DNA of 56,251 nucleotides, filler included, from Squatina squatina (taxonomy: Eukaryota), in the NCBI GenBank assembly GCA_031763465.1. It is 3 parts of 3 records of this genome, joined end to end, with 100 filler letters (N's around TTAATTAATTAA, not from the genome) between each part and the next. Parts side by side here need not be neighbours in the genome. Positions count along the whole stretch, not along the records: positions 20,129 to 37,015 come from JARFOE010000115.1; positions 37,116 to 56,251 come from JARFOE010000016.1; 1 more part is not named here. One strand, given 5' to 3'. Both the position numbers and the translations under genes were made by a program. Under the pieces are notes generated by a model. The model saw only the letters and a list, made by a program, of their open reading frames with translations. It searched no databases and was not told the origin of the DNA. This document shows positions 23,923 through 37,412 of this stretch, piece after piece (position 1 is the stretch's first letter; the number at the start of each line of letters is the position of its first letter).

Positions 23923-26900
23923 AAGTGTGGGCAATGGTAGACAAGCTTCCAGATCAGCACAGGAACAGGGAATGTGCTATTTGTGTAGCCCCAACTGCAT
24001 GGGTTATCGTGCAGTCAGGCCATGGAGAGATTTGAAAACAATAACAAGAATTTAAAAATGAACCAAGGCATTGGCGGACCGGGAGGCAACATAGGTCAGC
24101 ACAGGGGTGACGGATGAATGGGACTTGGTGCGAGTTATGGGTGCATTACGAACGTGAAAGTAGGGGGTCTTGGTGACGGAGAGGACATGGAGTTGTAAGC
24201 TCAGTGTTGAGTAGGATGCCGAGGTTGCGAACAATTTGGTTAAAATTTAACGTGAGCAAAGCCATAGGGGATACACTAGTAAATACAAGCTAGGTGCATG
24301 TGAGACAGTTTAGAACTTTCAGAGAATGATTCTTATTAATTAGGATAATTTATACTTTCTACCTGTTGCACTGAAGCAAAACAATCTGAAAAATGCTGTG
24401 TGTTTCAGATACATTTTAACTGTGCACTTTTCACAGACATTAAGCTTTTTCAGTCCTTTTTCTCCAGGGAGCCCAAAACTAGCTGTATGCCACCCCTCAG
24501 TGCCAACAGCATGAGCAGGGGCTAAAAACAGTTGGCATGTATGGTTTCAACTCCCACCCTCAGAGAGACACTGCTTCTACACTGTCTCCATCTTGTTAAT
24601 TGACCTGCCAATCAAAGCCAGTGTTCTGATTTGCAATCTGACCTGTAACTGACTGCCGCACTCATTTCAAGAATCCATAGCAGTTACATGCACAAGGCAC
24701 TGGGATCGCCATAACTATATTTAAATGAGATGATCCTGCATTATCAGGTGAGCGCACTAATCCTATAACCAACTTCGCTGGGGTCCCTGCAAAGTCCTAA
24801 GGCTGGCTCTGTTTACACATTCCTTGTCACTGCAATAAAGTTAAAAATGTATACAATTTATTGGACCTGCCATGTACTAAACTGTAACTGAAGTGCATCT
24901 GGCTCATCTCACTAAATTCTGCATGAGTTTCACAAGAAAAAACACACATCAGTGATGGGACCTCAGACCTTATTGCAATTATGTTCATACAGCAAATTCT
25001 TGTGTTTGTTGTATATGCCAGGTGACCAGAGTTCCAGTGCTTCATCAAAGAGCGTGCCCAGAGTCAGCAAGAACCTCAACTGCTTTCTATCCATGTAACA
25101 TAGCTAGCTGAGCCTTTTAACGAGAAGAATTTGTACCCTTTTGTCTCTACCATCAAGCATTCTGAAAGATGGTACCCATTCAGGTCAACTACAGGCCAAT
25201 CCAGAGCTGTTAACAACTAAACCCTATTAAATTACAGATTTTAAAAAAATGACGATGAGCAACACCAAAGGAGATCAACTTACATTTTTTGAAATATTTT
25301 ATAATGAGATTAATATACAATATTCCAGTTTTAAACAACAAAAACAGAAAGTACGACATTCAGAGTAGTTGTATTACAGATGGCGAGATGGGTTTGAAAT
25401 GAGGCTCTTACAAGCACATAAAAACAGAAAAAGGCACATTAAGCTTTAATAGACTACGACATTGCACAAGAGTTACAGTGAAGAGGAGCAGCAGTGGGAA
25501 GCTATGAATTATGGATAAGCCATCATTATTTAGTAGCAGATACAGTGGGAAGTTGCTTTAGTTGAGGGCAGAATAATTGACATCAGAGGCTTCTGTCTTC
25601 TGCTGCTGCTATTAAATAGATGCTGGGAATCTGCCAAACCTCAGCACTGCTGGGACATCAACTGTGGGTTTTTAAAGTGGTTTGATCTCTGTGCTTTTAA
25701 TCTTCTGGGCCTTCATTATGCTGGAGACTGACTTGAGAAGTATGAAAGAATGAAAGACGGTTTATCCCAAAGGAAGCCTCATATCAGAGATGCTGGCCAC
25801 ATTTTGTACCTTCACCTGTTTCAATTTTCTAATATTTACTAAACAGACCTTTCAAAGCAATTAAAATTATTTAGACACCTTTATATAGGTTTTAAATGAA
25901 ATTTATTTTCAATTAATACAGATTATTAGAGGGATGCCTTTATATCAAGACACAAAATATATCTCAAGGAAGCTCCATACCGAAGCCCAATCTGGGAATT
26001 AGCTTTGCACAAAACTGGTTGAGATGTGAAGGGGAAGCTCCTTTAAAACACCCTCATTTTCCCTTTGGGAGATCTTTGAACTTCTCGGGATGGATTGGAC
26101 CTTTTTGGTATTTTATGTAACNNNNNNNNNNNNNNNNNNNNNNNNNNNNNNNNNNNNNNNNNNNNNNNNNNNNNNNNNNNNNNNNNNNNNNNNNNNNNNN
26201 NNNNNNNNNNNNNNNNNNNNNATATATGCACCTATGAAGAAAAGGTGGAGGCCAAACTTAAGAGCCAGCAATGTTTTTTTTAAAGGCACAGTGAAATCTT
26301 TCTTCACATGAACATTGTTCAATGCCTGTCTTGCCATCTTGGAAGGGGGTGGGGTAACAATTGATGGTAAAAGTACTGACTTCCTTAATGACATGATAAT
26401 TTTTAAAATCTGGTTCAAAATGTCAGTGCATCTGAGGATCCCTACTTTACAGTAGGTATTGTACAGCAAGTTTATTTTTGTCGTGTGATAATGAGAAAAT
26501 CCTCAGCTGAGGGCTTCAGAGAGGATCCTCTGCAGCTTGTTCTAATTATTGAATTCTTTCTCTGACCTGAAAAAGAGAATAATGATTGCTTTGTGTTACA
26601 AAAATAGCCAACCATTAACCCTTACATGGTTGCAGTATCACTTCTTCACAAGAATCATTATAACAATTACAATTCAAAAAATATAACTTCTCTTCCAAAG
26701 GTGCTGCAGAGATATACTATGGTTCTAAACGTTTCTCTGGTTTTAACTCAAGAGAAGTTTAGTGAAGGAAACAAGCTACTTACAGAAATTCTCTTGTCAT
26801 TCTTGCTTCATGTAATAGAACTAAAGGGAGCACTAATGGGAATGTCTATAATTTCTATTTATATTTCTTGTATCTCTCTTTNNNNNNNNNNNNNNNNNNN

Positions 26901-28608
26901 NNNNNNNNNNNNNNNNNNNNNNNNNNNNNNNNNNNNNNNNNNNNNNNNNNNNNNNNNNNNNNNNNNNNNNNNNNNNNNNNNTCCTGCACCTATTTTCTAT
27001 GTTTCTATGTTTCTATGAAACTACCCAAACTCAATTCTTATAGGATCCTTACAACTGGCAGAGAAAGGAAATTTCACCTTGGTAGTCTGGGCTGTATTTA
27101 AACCCAGATCCCAGAGGTGAAAGAGCTGTCTTCTAAACCCCAGCAGGCCAGTGCCATCACACATTTGATTGTATATGATGCTGCAGTTTAAAGCAACATT
27201 TAAATGCAAATTATGAGATTAGGTAAATGAAACAATAAAAACACGTGCAAGAAATGAATACAAGAAGTAGGAACAGTCACCCGATCTGGAAAGAGAAAGA
27301 CCAAATCAAAAATAAAGGAAAGTAGGACCAAGAAGGAGTTAAATACTGCGATCAAATATAATGTGCTCCAATCTCCATGACAACAAGTCTGGCTGATACA
27401 GTCGATAAATCCTGTCCTAATTCACTAAGCTGAAGATTTATATTACTGCATAAAAGTTAACATGTTTCCCCTTCCTTAGCTTTTAACTTGCTGATGTCTG
27501 CACAGAACTGAATATTTTTTTGTGGTGGAATATAATCGAATATTTATTATAGAACCAGTGCACTTTTGGATAACATAACCCTTCTCAATACTTAAGCAGT
27601 TCTTTGTGTCCCCTACTGAGTGATCAGCAGTATGCAAATAGTTTGAGGACATATGCTGGTGAGCATCGAGCAATCCCATGGTGCTTTCAATCTTGACAGA
27701 CAGCTTTGTTATGGATTATTACATTTACAGTTTTTCTTTACTGAATGCTGTTCTGGAGCTGCACTGACTCCATATTAATTTTAGTAACCAGGAAAGTTAC
27801 ATTGAAACATCATGTGATGCAATGGTGCATAAAGTCATGAGACACAGCTGAGATTTTGGTCTGTCCGTGAATACAGTAATTGAATTATAATGACAATATT
27901 GCTGTCAAAATAGCCCTAATACTGTCAGATGTACAAAAAGGATTGATCTAAATTGACTATGAGATCTACTATCTTTCTACTGCAATCCAAATTTGTCATC
28001 TTCCTACAATATTTTCCCCAGATACACTATACAGGAGCAGCACAACTTCAGTGGAGACTAGAGTCAGTAAGGTCTGTGTTTATATTGTAATTAGGCACAC
28101 CAGGTGTATCTCAGTGGAGTGCCATCATCATGCTGGTCTTTGTCTCTGTCTGGAGACAAACAGAATCTTTGTTTACCTTGCATGATGATCAGCGTCTGAT
28201 TGGCTTCTGTAGAGCCAGGTCTTTGGAATGCAATGCTTATATTCAAAGTTACACTTTGCAAAGCATGCACACAAGGCTCATTCGAGAACAAAATATGCAG
28301 TGACAGGACACTTCACTCCAGACTTACATTAGCAGAAAGGGAAAATGTAGCTAGCTTAAAGCTGAGGCCACATTTCAAATGTAGATTTAGACATGAACCT
28401 ACCCTTATTCTTAATTTCCTAGGTGTTAGGCATTAAGAAAATAAAGAGTAAACATTTAAAAAACATTTGGCCACATTTCAATGTAGCAAATTACAATGTG
28501 AATATAGGATCACCTATTCACTTACATGGAGGGGGAGACCTCACTACTTTCACTTGTTAACAATGGCTCTGTTATGAAACTCAAGTCTGAACTGATTCTG
28601 AAAACTCT

Positions 28609-28746
28609 GGGCCCGAAACTCATGAATGCCGCGCTGGAAATGCTGCAGCACGGAATAGTGCCCCAATCGTGCCCAGCGTTACTAGCGCCCGGGTGCTGGA
28701 AAATTAGTTGAAGTTTGTTGATTTCCAGGCATGGTACTGTCGCAGG
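28609..28746. mobile_element. End of a GC-rich TIR element, truncated by the gap
   Basis: GGGCCCGAAACTCATG resembles the TIR of the 10252-10996 element. Confidence 0.55.
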
Positions 28747-31700
28747 NNNNNNNNNNNNNNNNNNNNNNNNNNNNNNNNNNNNNNNNNNNNNNNNNNNNNN
28801 NNNNNNNNNNNNNNNNNNNNNNNNNNNNNNNNNNNNNNNNNNNNNNNNNNNNNNNNNNNNNNNNNNNNNNNNNNNNNNNNNNNNNNNNNNNNNNNNNNNN
28901 NNNNNNNNNNNNNNNNNNNNNNNNNNNNNNNNNNNNNNNNNNNNNNNNNNNNNNNNNNNNNNNNNNNNNNNNNNNNNNNNNNNNNNNNNNNNNNNNNNNN
29001 NNNNNNNNNNNNNNNNNNNNNNNNNNNNNNNNNNNNNNNNNNNNNNNNNNNNNNNNNNNNNNNNNNNNNNNNNNNNNNNNNNNNNNNNNNNNNNNNNNNN
29101 NNNNNNNNNNNNNNNNNNNNNNNNNNNNNNNNNNNNNNNNNNNNNNNNNNNNNNNNNNNNNNNNNNNNNNNNNNNNNNNNNNNNNNNNNNNNNNNNNNNN
29201 NNNNNNNNNNNNNNNNNNNNNNNNNNNNNNNNNNNNNNNNNNNNNNNNNNNNNNNNNNNNNNNNNNNNNNNNNNNNNNNNNNNNNNNNNNNNNNNNNNNN
29301 NNNNNNNNNNNNNNNNNNNNNNNNNNNNNNNNNNNNNNNNNNNNNNNNNNNNTAGCACTGAGAATGCACTGTGAGTACAGAATATTGTAAACCAGAACCA
29401 AGATTCAGAAAAATTCTATGTTCATAGTAATCTCTGAATAAACTTAAAAATCAAAATGTATTATTTTAATTTATAGTCAGATAGACACAAATTAGTCTTC
29501 ATGCTATTAACTGCTATAAAACATTTGAAATTGGACAATTAAAAATGTTTAAAAGAACACTTTACAGGAGTTTTATTTTGAATCTCATTCTACTTATGTC
29601 GTTCGGGATTTCAATCAATATTAGAATCGCTGTAGAGTAAAGCATGCAATATTAACACGACCACAGATATCAATTCGGTCAGCAACATAGAAAGTGAAAT
29701 ACTGTACCCTGTATGCAACTTATCATCAAATGCCAGCAGCTATGCTAATAGAACAAACACAGGATTGCGAATGTCTGTATGTGTACTGAGCACAATTACT
29801 CAATTACGGCTTCAGCTAGTTTCATAAAACTTTCAATGATTGCCTTTTGAGCCAGTGGCACTTTTGGGATTGATCATAGAACCCAGGCAGTTAATGGTTT
29901 CCATGGCAATATCCTGATGATCTATCAAGCCAAATCTCCATAGTTTGTAACCATGCAACTTAGGTTGACTATGATTTTTTATCCCCAGTTTCCTGCTCTG
30001 AAATGAAGTTATTTTGCACAGAGAAAATAAAAAATTGGCACAGGGAATATTGATGGTTGCTACAATAACATAGCCAATTAAAATCGGCATGATTGGTGTT
30101 GAATAATAAATCCAATACTGTACAAATGAAAAAATACAANNNNNNNNNNNNNNNNNNNNNNNNNNNNNNNNNNNNNNNNNNNNNNNNNNNNNNNNNNNNN
30201 NNNNNNNNNNNNNNNNNNNNNNNNNNNNNNNNNNNNNNNCAATATTTTGACTCTTATTCAGGGTAACTACAAGAGAAGCAGCCCAAAACATGTAGCCAAA
30301 CACATCTTACTACATTTGATGGGAAGGACAATAGCTTTATCAGTGCATCACTGATGTGAGGTTTGAAAAGTCAGAACATCTGCATCAGTTGTGGTAATAG
30401 TTAAATATTGCAGCAATTGATGACGGCCCAGAATACTGAAGCAAACAATCTGAAATGTTTACACTTCAAGCACACACTGAAGATAAAAAAAATACCTGGA
30501 ACATGAATATACATATATTTTAGTGTGGTTCTGAAATGTTATTGCAGTTCTTGAAGGATTAATGCTGTTTTTTATATCTGCTATCAACTTCATTCTGATA
30601 GTTTGATTCTACAGAATATCAAACATATTCTCTGCAAACCTGACTCCCACAGGATTAAACCAGTTTGTATTCTGAGAGAAACCTACTGCACCACAGCATG
30701 AACAGCTCCTTTGAATCCATCCAATTAACGACAACCCTGTAGGCATCTCCTGTTGCTATAGCAACATCACTGTCTAATCAATACTAGATGCTGGTTTCCA
30801 TGGGGATTGTACGAGAGATTCAGGGATAATCTGGCAAAAATAACTATATGAGAAAAATATTATTGCTGTATATAAGAAAACTGACATTTTCAAGGGAGTA
30901 AAATATTTAGTACATAGCAGAATTCGAGTATGAATACTGAATTGCTTCCTGCCATTGTGGCAAAACTAACAGGCTCCCTATCACCTAATGAATTTTAAAA
31001 TTGCTTTTACTATAGTTTTTTTGTTTGTGTTGCAAATACTATAAATGAATTTTAGCAATCGATGTTTTTGAGCATTTTTAGCAGAATTCTCTTTCTTAAT
31101 TATGTTTTCACGTCATTTTAGAGGATAGGAAAAATCATTATCTTCTGACATAAATTAGTAATTTCTGCTGCATTCAGAAAACAAGAAAAATTAATTTATT
31201 TTACTCCTACAGGCTCGATTGATAGTACAGTTCTTTGGGCGCCAGCACCTTCCCAGTATTTCACTCAAGCAGCCATTCTTCATGGGTGAGCTTTGGGAGT
31301 GAGTGTTGTAACATGATTCAACCATTGAGATCAAGTCCAATCCTGGCTTCACCTGACATCAAGATATGTACACTTTTCAGCAGGGGCCACTGACTAGTAA
31401 TCATGGAATCCTGTCTGATATTTTCCCCCCCATCTCTAGCCAAGGGACACTGAAGCCATACTGCCATCCTGGCTGAAATTAGCCAAGTCAGCGAAGACAT
31501 AGGATCAGATCTGGAACCCTACTATTCTACATAGGAACAGGTGTGGGTTATTCAGCCCCTTGAGCCTGTTCCACTATTCAATTGCTGATCTGTACCACAA
31601 CTTCATTGACCTGCTTAGGGTGGCATAACATCAAAAAAATCCTATTGCATTACTGCAACCTCCATCTGTTCCCTGAATGCATTTGTTGATTGCTTCATTA

Positions 31701-33494
31701 TAACAGTAAAAGAAAATAAATGACCTTTAAAACAATCTTTTCTAGATATGAAGCTTCCAATTTTGTACATTTTGCCTCCAAAACCTACAGGAAACAACTT
31801 TTTTCAGCAAAGACAAAGCTAAACTACCTATTCTGCCCTACATTGCTTTGTTGCTAAACCAGAGACTTGCAATGTCATGAAAGAGCCAGGTTCATCATTT
31901 GCAAATAGCTTACAGCTTTTCCTTGTACTGAGATGGAAGAGGACATAGGAATTACTTACATGGAGTCAAAGGTGTGCATGGAAGATATGCAGCTTTACTT
32001 TCTCTTGTTGGAACAGGAAATTAAATTCAAAGGAAGGGCTTAAAACAGCTTAAATTTTATATAGTGCCTATCACGTGACAAAATAATCTCAATGCATTTC
32101 ACAGCATAATATTTCAACATACTTACTGTCCCATATAGAGAGTAGAATCTAAAATATCTCTCTATAAAGTAAAATATGAAACTGAAATTTCCAATTTTTT
32201 CCAGTATAAATTTCTGTATATTCCAATTGAATGAAGTGAATTTGATTACTGCTCATTCATGGGCCATGGATGGGAAATCTAGCCCTGCAGAACTTACAAA
32301 GCTGAGAAGTGCAAGTTAAAAATCACAAGGAGTTTAATTTCCATTATTCACTGAATTTTAAAATAGGTCTCGCTAAAATGACACAAATAAGAATATAACA
32401 CAAGCGTGTTCACCTGTTGGCTATAAAAAAAAGATTTTGAAATTGCTGTCAGAACAGTACGTCAATATGTTCCAATGAAATTCCTCTGTGTAGTATTTTA
32501 AAGCATTTGTTAAAAGGTTTGTTTTAAATGAATTGACAAATGGGTTAAAACAGAACACAGAGGAATTCCTTACCAACATTATAAATACCAGAGAATAATT
32601 TCATCCCTAAAATTGCTTAGGATTTCAGGTGTGTATTAAATCATTTACCATTTACTCCCATTTTATGGAAGCCCTGATCTAGTATCTAAATGAGAAACTA
32701 AACTCCTGTAATTAAGTAACTTTTTTCATTGCATGACGAATGTTTCTCTTTCAAAATAAAATACTGTAATATTTTTCATCTGTTTCTTATTGCTATGGTT
32801 AGAACATTCTGTGGTCACTTATTTGGGCCAGCTGCGCTGCTAGAAATAACAGCTAAATCATGTCACTAGTACCATTGTAAAGCCTATCATGCCACCTTTC
32901 TTACCTGCGAGTGAGGTACATTAAATAATGCACGCACTGATTACTACACTTTCCTCCAAAACACTTCCCAGATGTTTTGAGGAAAGCAGAGATGTACGCA
33001 ATTCACATCAAGCATATGTCTATCTGAACTTTAATTGTACCCAAGTACAGTAAATTTATCATTTTGACAAGTTTAGTATGCAACAGCCTGTTAAAAATAT
33101 AAGTTTAGAATTTTAATGCTACATTCTTACTCCTCCTCAACTGTTTCTTCTCAAGACTCTCTTACCCTGTACTAGAACAGGGAAATAATGTGAGACCAGC
33201 TCTATGCATCACAGAAAATACATTCTAAAAATGGAACAATGTGCTAAAAAGCAAATTTTTGCCTTTTCTTTTCTTCCCTCCCCCAAACCCTTGCGGAATG
33301 TGCTGATTAATGCTGGGATACAATGCCATGGGTATCAGGAGCCTGTCAGTGCCTCACTTAATAGGCATTCTTCATGTGTAAGGCCAGACAATGAATGTTA
33401 GGCTACTCAACTACAGGGGCATCACAGCTAAACCAGATTCTGTGTCATTGCCTCAGTCAAGTGGCCATTCTTCATGTGTAAGGCTAGACTGTAA

Positions 33495-34082
33495 AGGCAG
33501 AAATTGTAACCCTCCTCCACCTGACGGAAACTGGATGGAACGGGAGTTAAAATTAAGCGACTCTATTTGCCGCTCCATTTGTATCTGTTTTTGCCGGCAG
33601 CTGAGTCGTCCGGCTGACTCAGACACAAACTTCATACATAGGACCTCAGTTGCATTTTAACAGCGTTTTAAAACCTGTTGTAGAAGAAGTGGAAGCTCTA
33701 CTTACCTTTGTGGGATCAGGAGGAGCAAGGGTGCCCCACCGGACCCCACGGGGAAAATCTGGACCTCTACTGTCCGAGGCTTCTCCTCTCAATCTGTAAA
33801 ACCGTGGCAACCTCATCCTGTGACTTACTTGAGTCCTGGCAGCCCACCTCTGTGCCGCCCGACCTTCCCCTGCCAGCAGCCAATCAGCTGCCTCTTTGAT
33901 TGTTTCGAATGTAAATGAGGCATGGCAGCTAATATCAACCAGGCCTCCCACGAAGATTCCAACAAAAAGACCTTGGGCGACCAATTGGCACTTTTATAGC
34001 TGGTGGCTATATGGGGCCAATAGGTGTAATTTTAGCATCCGAATAGAGCTGTCCATTGGCGTCTTAGAAAATTTCTTGGCAG
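33495..34082. mobile_element. GC-rich non-autonomous TIR-type element
   Basis: Starts GGCAGAAATTG and ends near AAATTTCTTGGC. GC-rich interior with no coding signal. Confidence 0.5.
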
Positions 34083-36394
34083 CACAACCCAAAACCNNNN
34101 NNNNNNNNNNNNNNNNNNNNNNNNNNNNNNNNNNNNNNNNNNNNNNNNNNNNNNNNNNNNNNNNNNNNNNNNNNNNNNNNNNNNNNNNNNNNNNNNTGAA
34201 TATAGCTAATGAACTGGCCTCAACAGCTTCCTGTGGTGGAGAATTCCACAGGTCCACTACTTTCACATTTGCAAGAATCTTTGAAAATTCTGGTTAATAA
34301 CTCTGCTTTCTCCTACCCAACCTCATTCAGTACTCTGGATTGTGCCCCATCTGGGCTTGGGGACCTTTCTGTTTTTAGTCTTACAAACTTTTTTTAATAC
34401 AGTTTCCTTTTAAATATTTTTCTTTAATAGTAGATATTTCACATGTTCCTCAGATACTCCTACTTTTACTTTCCAATGAAATAACTTTAACACCCACACA
34501 CTAATGACAGGCTCATTGAACTGCTCCAGAGGTGCTGGAATATCAACAATGATAACACTGTCACTACAGTATTTAAGCAGTTTTCAAACTCTTAAAGAGA
34601 TTAATATGCCTTTTGTCCACCCACACAAACTGTATTTCCAAATTACTTGCAGCTTTTAAATATGCAAAAAGATGATCCATTTGCACAGCCCAGTAGTTCA
34701 CAGCCAACGCTGCAGGCTGTATTTTCATTAGTACCTATTGACAACATAAGCAGTCACATGTACCATCTTGCTAAATTGAAGACTGCTGCATGATTGAAGG
34801 GCAAGTCTGAAGGTCGAATAAGCCTGTCATGCAGCCTTCCCTTAATTTGGCACGGCAATATGCTTGGTGCTAAATTTTCACCTGAATTGGCAGTAACATT
34901 GTTTCAAGTGCAAATGCCTTTGTACTTTTGCCTTAAGCACTATATACTATTTTAAATTTGATGTAAATTAAAATGGTGGAACTGAAGGTGAATTTCCACT
35001 TTATCTGACATGGCATGCATGAAAGATAGGATTGTACACAAACATAGATGGCATACAAGTGCCCGTACTCAGTAAAAATGGGAGGCCAGCTTAAGTGTGG
35101 GGGAAAAAGGGTCCTAGATTTTATAAAGATATGGTACAAAACTAGGGAGATAATGCTAAATCTATACAAGTCATTCATTAGGNNNNNNNNNNNNNNNNNN
35201 NNNNNNNNNNNNNNNNNNNNNNNNNNNNNNNNNNNNNNNNNNNNNNNNNNNNNNNNNNNNNNNNNNNNNNNNNNNNNNNNNNCTTTTCTTTTAAAATGAC
35301 TGACACATAAATGCCCACCTATTTCATTGCAAGTTAATTTATGTGAATGACTAACACTTTACTAGTTTTCATCTTTGTAGATATCATAGCAATGGTGAAC
35401 TTCTGGGACAAACGCACAGATGGGCAGGGTACGAAAAATGAGTCCAAGGCTTCATTAAAAGTAAGTTGCAAACTGTTATTCACTGGACAGGGATTAAGCA
35501 CATCTGTATGCAATGATGAAAAGGTAGGGAAAATTAATTTCATTATGCTGCCTACATATCTCCCACATGCTCTGTAGTCTGATTAATGGGATGAAGAGAG
35601 TCCTTGCATTATGACCTAACAATAAATAAATATTCAGTGCACAGGCAACCAAGTGGAGATAAGAATTCTGTCACCCACGCAGTTACTGTAGGTCAAACAC
35701 CTGCTTAATGAATTGTAGTTTAGTACCAGATCCAAAATGACAAAATATTCCTCTAGATTTCTGATTTTTGCATCACAGGCATTGCAATGTTTTGGCGATC
35801 AATTGAGCTGAATCATCTGCTTTTTGCACTTTAAATTCACTATTTGTGTTAACAGTTGGGAAACTATCTATTGGCAATACGAAAGGCTTCAGACACAGCA
35901 CAGCAAAGCCATTCTTCGTCAAAAATCTCAAGGATTAGCAACCCAAACCTACGCCATATGTAGATGGGGATTGTATAGCCTTTCATTTAGTTTCCAGCCT
36001 CATTTGAGACATTCTCGGGAGGTCGCAATTTGATTTCCCTGAATTGAATTCATACTAACACTGTTTCTGTGCTATTTTTTCCAAATATCAGGTTGTTGAA
36101 ATGAAAGAGGAACTCTACTATGGTCAAGTTTTGGGGATAAAACAGGCCTGTTCTCAACGCTCAACATTCGAACAAACTTCATAAAATGTGAAACCTCCAC
36201 CCCATTTGAAAATAGAAAAGTTCTTCCCTGGAAATGTCATTGTAATTGTACCCTATAGACACACACCCATATATGTAAATTAAGGCTTTAAGGATGTCCA
36301 TCACACTCCAGGATCACTCTTGAAAGGGTGAAAAGTACATATACACAAAAAGAATGGCATGTTTTTTCTGATCCCGGATGAGCTGTAATTTCCT

Positions 36395-37015
36395 CCAGTT
36401 AAACATTGGAAGACCAAAGCCATTGTCTTCAGCCTCACCACAACCTCTGTACCCTCGCCACTGATTCTATTTCCCACCCAGCCACTATCTCAGGTTGACA
36501 GCCTATTTGACCCAGAACTTAGCTTCTGACCCCATGCCCTTTCCATTATAAAGACTGCACTCTTCTACCTCCGTAACATCACCCAACTATGACCCTGCCT
36601 CAGCCCATCTGCTGCAGAAACCCTCATCCATGTCTTTGTCACCTCATGACTTGACTATTGCAATGCTCTCCTGCCGTATCTCCCATCCTTCACCCTCCAT
36701 GAACTTTAGCTCATCCAAAGCTCAGTGACCCCTATTCTATCCAGCACCAAGTCCTGCTCACCAATCACTCTTGTGCTCATTGACCTACATTGGCTCCCGC
36801 TCCCCCAAATTTAAAATTCTTACCCTCATGTTTAAATCCCTTTATGGCTTCACCCCACCTTATCTTTGTAATGTTCTCGGAGTTCCTCTGACTCTCGTCT
36901 CTTGTGCATTCCCTCTCTCTTTGTGTTCAGCAGTCTAGGCCCTATGCTCCCTCCCTACACCTCTCTGCCTTTCCACCTTCCTTAAAGACCACTGCAAATA
37001 CCCACCTCCTTGACC
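36395..37015 (+). mobile_element. L2 LINE 3' ORF2 fragment
   Basis: KTALFYLRNI...PCLSPSAAETLIHVFVTS.LDYCNALL is a typical L2 C-terminus. Other L2 pieces at about 23170-23290, 24030-24240, 41640-41900 and 44335-44490. Confidence 0.8.
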
Positions 37016-37059
37016 NNNNNNNNNNNNNNNNNNNNNNNNNNNNNNNNNNNNNNNNNNNN

Positions 37060-37071
37060 TTAATTAATTAA
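37060..37071. other. Artificial scaffold spacer TTAATTAATTAA within a 44N+12+44N gap
   Basis: Identical construction to 20073-20084. Confidence 0.9.
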
Positions 37072-37115
37072 NNNNNNNNNNNNNNNNNNNNNNNNNNNNN
37101 NNNNNNNNNNNNNNN

Positions 37116-37412
37116 CGGCCCCGTCTGCCTTCTCAGGTGGATGCAAAAGATCTAGTGGCACTATTTTGAAGAAGAGCAGGGGAGTTATCCCTGATGTCCT
37201 GGCCAATATTTATTTTTCAATCAACATCACTGAAAACAGATGATTTGGTCATTATCCCATTGCTGTTTGTGGGAACTCGCTGTGTGCAAACTGGCTGCCA
37301 TGTTTCCTACATTACAACAGTGGCTACACATCAAAAAGTACTTCATTGGCTGTAAAGCTCTTTGGGACATCTGGTGATCATGAAAAGCGCTGTATAAATG
37401 CAAGTCTTTCTT
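37116..37412 (+). mobile_element. DeuSINE copy (Deu domain and tail)
   Basis: GGCCCCGTCTGCC...GGCACTATTTTGAAGAAGAGCAGGGGAG...GCGCTGTATAAATGCAAGTCTTTC. Further copies or tails at about 37440-37770, 38640-38810, 39598-39806, 44591-44880, 45470-45684, 50505-50680 and 50975-51078. Confidence 0.8.

Noticed and set aside
28522-29401. Long ORFs of 200+ aa
   Set aside because: Almost entirely N (about a 600-nt gap).
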